A DNA stretch of 64,000 nucleotides from an uncultured Verrucomicrobiae bacterium. Lineage in GTDB: Bacteria > Verrucomicrobiota > Verrucomicrobiia > Palsa-1439. The position numbers and the translations under genes are program-made. Below are positions 60,267-64,000 of the stretch, piece after piece (the first letter of the stretch is position 1; every line of letters starts with the position of its first letter). The stretch is from assembly GCA_963812605.1 (NCBI GenBank), contig CAWEWF010000014.1, positions 256,001 to 320,000 of the forward strand, in the 5' to 3' direction. Under the pieces are notes generated by a model. It saw only the letters and a list, made by a program, of their open reading frames with translations. It made no database searches and was not told the DNA's origin.

Positions 60267-61241
60267 ATGCCGAGGGCTCTAATCACGGGTATTGCCGGAC
60301 AGGATGGATCGTACTTGGCCGAATTTCTTTTGGCCAAAGGTTACGAGGTCGCCGGCATCATTCGACGGGCGCGGACGGAGCGGCATGAGCGCATCGCCCA
60401 CATCCAGGACCGTCTGCAACTCTATGAAGGGGATGTGCTCGACCAGGTTTCGCTGACGGGTGTGTTGCGGAAATTCGGGCCCGATGAGATTTACAACCTG
60501 GCGTCCCAGTCTTCCGTGTTCCGCAGTTGGGCCGAGCCGATCCTCACCGGGGAGATCAATGCGCTGGGGGTCAGCCGCCTGCTGGAGGCGATCCGCAGCA
60601 CCAACCCCAAGGTCAAGTTCTATCAGGCCTCCAGCAGCGAGATGTTTGGCAAGGTCCGTGAATCCCCCCAAAATGAATTGACCCCGTTTTATCCACGGAG
60701 CCCCTATGGCGTTTCGAAGACCTATGGCCACTTCGTCACGGTGAACTATCGGGAAAGCTACGGCATGTTCGCTGCCTCGGGCATTCTCTTCAACCACGAA
60801 TCCCCGCGCCGCGGTCTTGATTTTGTTACCCGCAAGGTCACGCACGGCGCGGCCTCGATCGCCCTCGGGCAAAGCCAGACGCTCGTGCTGGGGAATCTGG
60901 ACGTGGAACGTGATTGGGGGTTTGCGGGCGACTACATCGAGGCGATGTGGTTGATGCTCCAGCAGTCCTCGCCGGAAGATTTTGTGATCGGCCAAGGGAA
61001 GGCGCATAGTTTGCGCGATTTCTTGCGGGAAGCCTTTGAACACGTTGGCCTGAACTGGGAAAAGTTCGTCCACATCGACCCGCAATTGATGCGACTCGCG
61101 GAAGTCGAGCATGTCGTGGCCGATTCCGCGAAAGCCCATGCCAAACTCGGTTGGAAGCCGCGCACCAGTTTCCGCGAACTGGTGGGAATGATGGTCGACT
61201 TCGACGTTAAATTATTAAAGGCCCAAGCGTCCGCCAGGTGA
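60267..61241 (+). CDS. gmd: GDP-mannose 4,6-dehydratase
   Basis: [40 protein letters not shown]. Confidence 0.95.
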   Translation: MPRALITGIAGQDGSYLAEFLLAKGYEVAGIIRRARTERHERIAHIQDRLQLYEGDVLDQVSLTGVLRKFGPDEIYNLASQSSVFRSWAEPILTGEINALGVSRLLEAIRSTNPKVKFYQASSSEMFGKVRESPQNELTPFYPRSPYGVSKTYGHFVTVNYRESYGMFAASGILFNHESPRRGLDFVTRKVTHGAASIALGQSQTLVLGNLDVERDWGFAGDYIEAMWLMLQQSSPEDFVIGQGKAHSLRDFLREAFEHVGLNWEKFVHIDPQLMRLAEVEHVVADSAKAHAKLGWKPRTSFRELVGMMVDFDVKLLKAQASAR

Positions 61242-61283
61242 CAGCTCCCGCACAGCCACCATCCAACATCCCGACCTATCGGC

Positions 61284-62399
61284 ATGCGCATTTTAGTCAT
61301 CAACCATCGCGACATCAAAAATCCGCTCGCCGGTGGCCTGGAGGAAGTGGTCCACCAGACCGCCAAATACTGGGTCGCTGACGGAAATCAGGTGGATTTG
61401 TTGTGCGCGGGATATGCCGGAGCGCCGCGCGAGGAGGTGCTGGATGGCATCCGCGTGGTTCGCGGGCCGAACGAGTACATTTTCAATTGGTGGGCGCCCC
61501 TGAAAATCCGGGCCCTTGGCCCCCGCCAGTACAACGTCATGCTCGAATACATCAGCAAAGTGCCCTGCTTTGTCCCGGTTTTTGTCCGGTCCACACCCAC
61601 GGCCGTCATGATTCCGCACCTTTTCGGCAAGACGGCGTTCGCCGAATTGCCGTGGTTGATGGCCGCCTACGCCTATGCCCTGGAGCAGCCGATTCCCTGG
61701 GTCTACCGACATTCTCTGTTTTGGGCGCTCTCGAAAACCACCGCCGAGGACTTGCTGGAACGCGGCATTCCCCGGGAGCGCATCGAGATCATTTACCCGG
61801 GTTTCAACGAACAATTACTCAAACCCGATCCGCAAGCCGGGAAGACGCCGTATCCCAGCCTGGTCTACATTGGCCGGCTGAAACGGTACAAGCGAGTGGA
61901 TCTGATCATTAATGCCACAGCGAAATTACGAGCACGATTTCCCGATATCCACCTTTTCGTCGTGGGGACCGGCGACTACGAGACAGAGTTGCGCAGCCTG
62001 ACGGCTTCCTTGGGAGCGGAGAAATCCGTCGAGTTCTGCGGATTCGTGAGCGAAGATCGCAAGAGGGAACTCCTGCAGATTGCCTGGATTGGCGCCCAGA
62101 CATCCACCATTGAAGGGTGGGGCCTGGGGGTCATTGAAGCTGCTGCGTGCGGCACGCCGACGGTGGCCAGCGATTCGCCCGGTTTGCGCGAGTCGGTCCG
62201 GGATGGAGAAACAGGAATCCTCGTGCCCCATGGTGATGTCGAGGCCTTGCAGGACAAGATGTCACTTTTGCTCGCGGATGCGGCGTTGCGCGAGAAGATG
62301 GGTGCGGCCGCCCGGAGTTGGGCCCGGCAATTCTCGTGGAAGGAAATGGCGCACCATTCGCTGCAGTTTTTGGAAAGGGCCGCCGGCAAATCCAAATGA
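61284..62399 (+). CDS. Glycosyltransferase family 4
   Basis: NPLAGGLE, YIGRLKRYKRVD, EGWGLGVIEAAACGTP. Confidence 0.9.
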   Translation: MRILVINHRDIKNPLAGGLEEVVHQTAKYWVADGNQVDLLCAGYAGAPREEVLDGIRVVRGPNEYIFNWWAPLKIRALGPRQYNVMLEYISKVPCFVPVFVRSTPTAVMIPHLFGKTAFAELPWLMAAYAYALEQPIPWVYRHSLFWALSKTTAEDLLERGIPRERIEIIYPGFNEQLLKPDPQAGKTPYPSLVYIGRLKRYKRVDLIINATAKLRARFPDIHLFVVGTGDYETELRSLTASLGAEKSVEFCGFVSEDRKRELLQIAWIGAQTSTIEGWGLGVIEAAACGTPTVASDSPGLRESVRDGETGILVPHGDVEALQDKMSLLLADAALREKMGAAARSWARQFSWKEMAHHSLQFLERAAGKSK

Positions 62400-64000
62400 A
62401 GTCGCGCCTCGGACTCTGGATTGTTCTCGTCCTCGCATTCGCATACGTGGCGTATCTTGGCGCGCATTGGTTGCCGCTGGGGATGGGCAAAAACGAGTTG
62501 AGCGCCTCCGCTTCCCGCGTCTGGGACATCAAACAGGAAATCACTAACCATCATCTGCTGCCGTGGTGGACGCCCTGGTACATGAGCGGATCGAGCTATG
62601 GCCTCAATTACGCCCGCGGCTTCTATCTCATTCCGTGGATCCTGTTCTCGACATTTACCGACCTGATAACGGCGGGCAAATTCACGGCGCTGACAGCGAT
62701 CCTGGCGGGTGCGATCGCCATGTATTTTTGTGCGCGGCATTTCATGAAGAACGAATGGGCCGCAGTCCTGGCCGCCTTCGCTTTCATGCTGCATCCCGAG
62801 CAAATCATCCGCGCGGCGGGCGCCGAGCACATCACCATTATCCTGTTCTTCCCATTCATTCCGCTATTGTGGCTGACGCTGTCACGCGCGCTCGAGGCGA
62901 ACAAGTTTTCCACCACGTTTCTGTGCGCCCTCGTGGCGGTGCTGGCGTGGTGGACCGATAATAAACAGGCGTTCATCAACTTTCTCTTCCTCTTCGCGTA
63001 CGCGTTGTACTGGCTGTGGCCGCGCCGCAAGCAATGGCAGCCGACGGCCCGGACCTGCGGGTTGCTGGCGGCGCTGGGGTTGGCGCTGGGCGCATGGGTG
63101 TTGGCGCCGGGTTTTGTCGAATCCGGGGACGTGAAGTTGTTCGTGGGCGATCCGCTGACGGAATGGCAGAAGACGTATTCGTTCAAGAGCCTGCTCGGGT
63201 TGGTGGATCGCGACGGTGCGTTCACCAGTAACGCAACGAATGTCGTGTTCACGCGCGCCAACGCGAGAGGCATCAGGAGCCAGACGGAGTATGATCAGGT
63301 GCGGCGGGTGATGTCGCTTGGCGCCGATTCGCCGGAAAAATATGCGGGACTCGTCCTCCTGCTCGCGATTGCAGTGACCGTGCTGTGGAACAAACGGCGC
63401 GCGGATCGCAGAACGTTTTGGTTTTTTATCGCGTCGTTGCTGGCGAGCGTCATGTTTGCCACGGGACTGAATAGTGTGTGGACTGCGAACTGGATCACAT
63501 GGGATGTGCTGTCGTCACAGGAAATGTCCGGGACGGCGCTGGTGTGGGTGCTGGTCGCCGCGACGTTTCTGGTGTTCTTTTACCGTCAAAAACTGACAAC
63601 CGCGCGGAAAGCGGTGACCGCGGCCGTGGCCCTGGCGGTTTTCCTTTTCCTGCCGGGCTTCAAGCTTTTGGCGGACTTACCCTACTTCAAGGATATTCGC
63701 GCCCCGTTTGTGTTCTACGACAGCCCCGCGATGTTTTGGGGGGCGATGCTGATGGGATTTTTCGTGACCGACGTGCTGGTTGGCGAGAAATGGCGCACTC
63801 ATGTTCCGAAGATCGTGGCCGCCCTCGGTGTGCTGATGCTTCTCGACTACTGGCCGTACGAGCGGCCCGTGAAAGACAACGGCGTTCCCGCTCACACGCT
63901 GGAGAATCTGCAGGCAGCCTATCAGTCGCTCCAGCCAGACAAAGATTGGGTAAAGACGTATTCGCTTTCCGGCCGGTATTTCCATCTGTTGGGGCCGATG
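62396..64000 (+). CDS. Polytopic membrane protein, GT-C/YfhO-like (runs off window end)
   Basis: ATG overlaps the GT4 stop; MKSRLGLWIVLV...LLPWWTPWYMSG, many TM segments; absent from the ORF track because no stop is reached. Confidence 0.7.
   Translation, partial: MKSRLGLWIVLVLAFAYVAYLGAHWLPLGMGKNELSASASRVWDIKQEITNHHLLPWWTPWYMSGSSYGLNYARGFYLIPWILFSTFTDLITAGKFTALTAILAGAIAMYFCARHFMKNEWAAVLAAFAFMLHPEQIIRAAGAEHITIILFFPFIPLLWLTLSRALEANKFSTTFLCALVAVLAWWTDNKQAFINFLFLFAYALYWLWPRRKQWQPTARTCGLLAALGLALGAWVLAPGFVESGDVKLFVGDPLTEWQKTYSFKSLLGLVDRDGAFTSNATNVVFTRANARGIRSQTEYDQVRRVMSLGADSPEKYAGLVLLLAIAVTVLWNKRRADRRTFWFFIASLLASVMFATGLNSVWTANWITWDVLSSQEMSGTALVWVLVAATFLVFFYRQKLTTARKAVTAAVALAVFLFLPGFKLLADLPYFKDIRAPFVFYDSPAMFWGAMLMGFFVTDVLVGEKWRTHVPKIVAALGVLMLLDYWPYERPVKDNGVPAHTLENLQAAYQSLQPDKDWVKTYSLSGRYFHLLGPM

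Overview
GC-rich bacterial chromosomal window, almost certainly Verrucomicrobiota: it has a complete Amuc_1098-1102-type pilus cluster and typical GTAG palindromic and heptamer repeats. The backbone is housekeeping and envelope genes (nadD, rsfS, argS, rpsT, lptE/bamD, gatCAB, pilB-pilT-pilB-pilC, purC, pepA, pldA, gmd, LPS transferases). About a dozen genes, including essential gatA, carry single-base frameshifts, most likely long-read assembly errors. Most notable observations: (1) purC carries two different palindromic repeat elements inserted in frame; (2) three MITE-like elements with IS-type terminal inverted repeats each enclose a GTAG-REP doublet, one with a perfect 8-bp target duplication inside a deleted S8 protease gene; (3) a ~1.87 kb non-autonomous IS1-like element with 25-bp TIRs carries a Panacea antitoxin / PemK-like toxin pair; (4) integrase-less islets lie upstream of a CAT-anticodon tRNA, marked by a duplicated tRNA 5' half and a repeated att-like motif 55 bp past the stop of each cargo gene; (5) a KpnI-like type II RM system sits next to a methylase-like remnant and an orphan gene. 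All family assignments are by eye and from memory; no searches were run.
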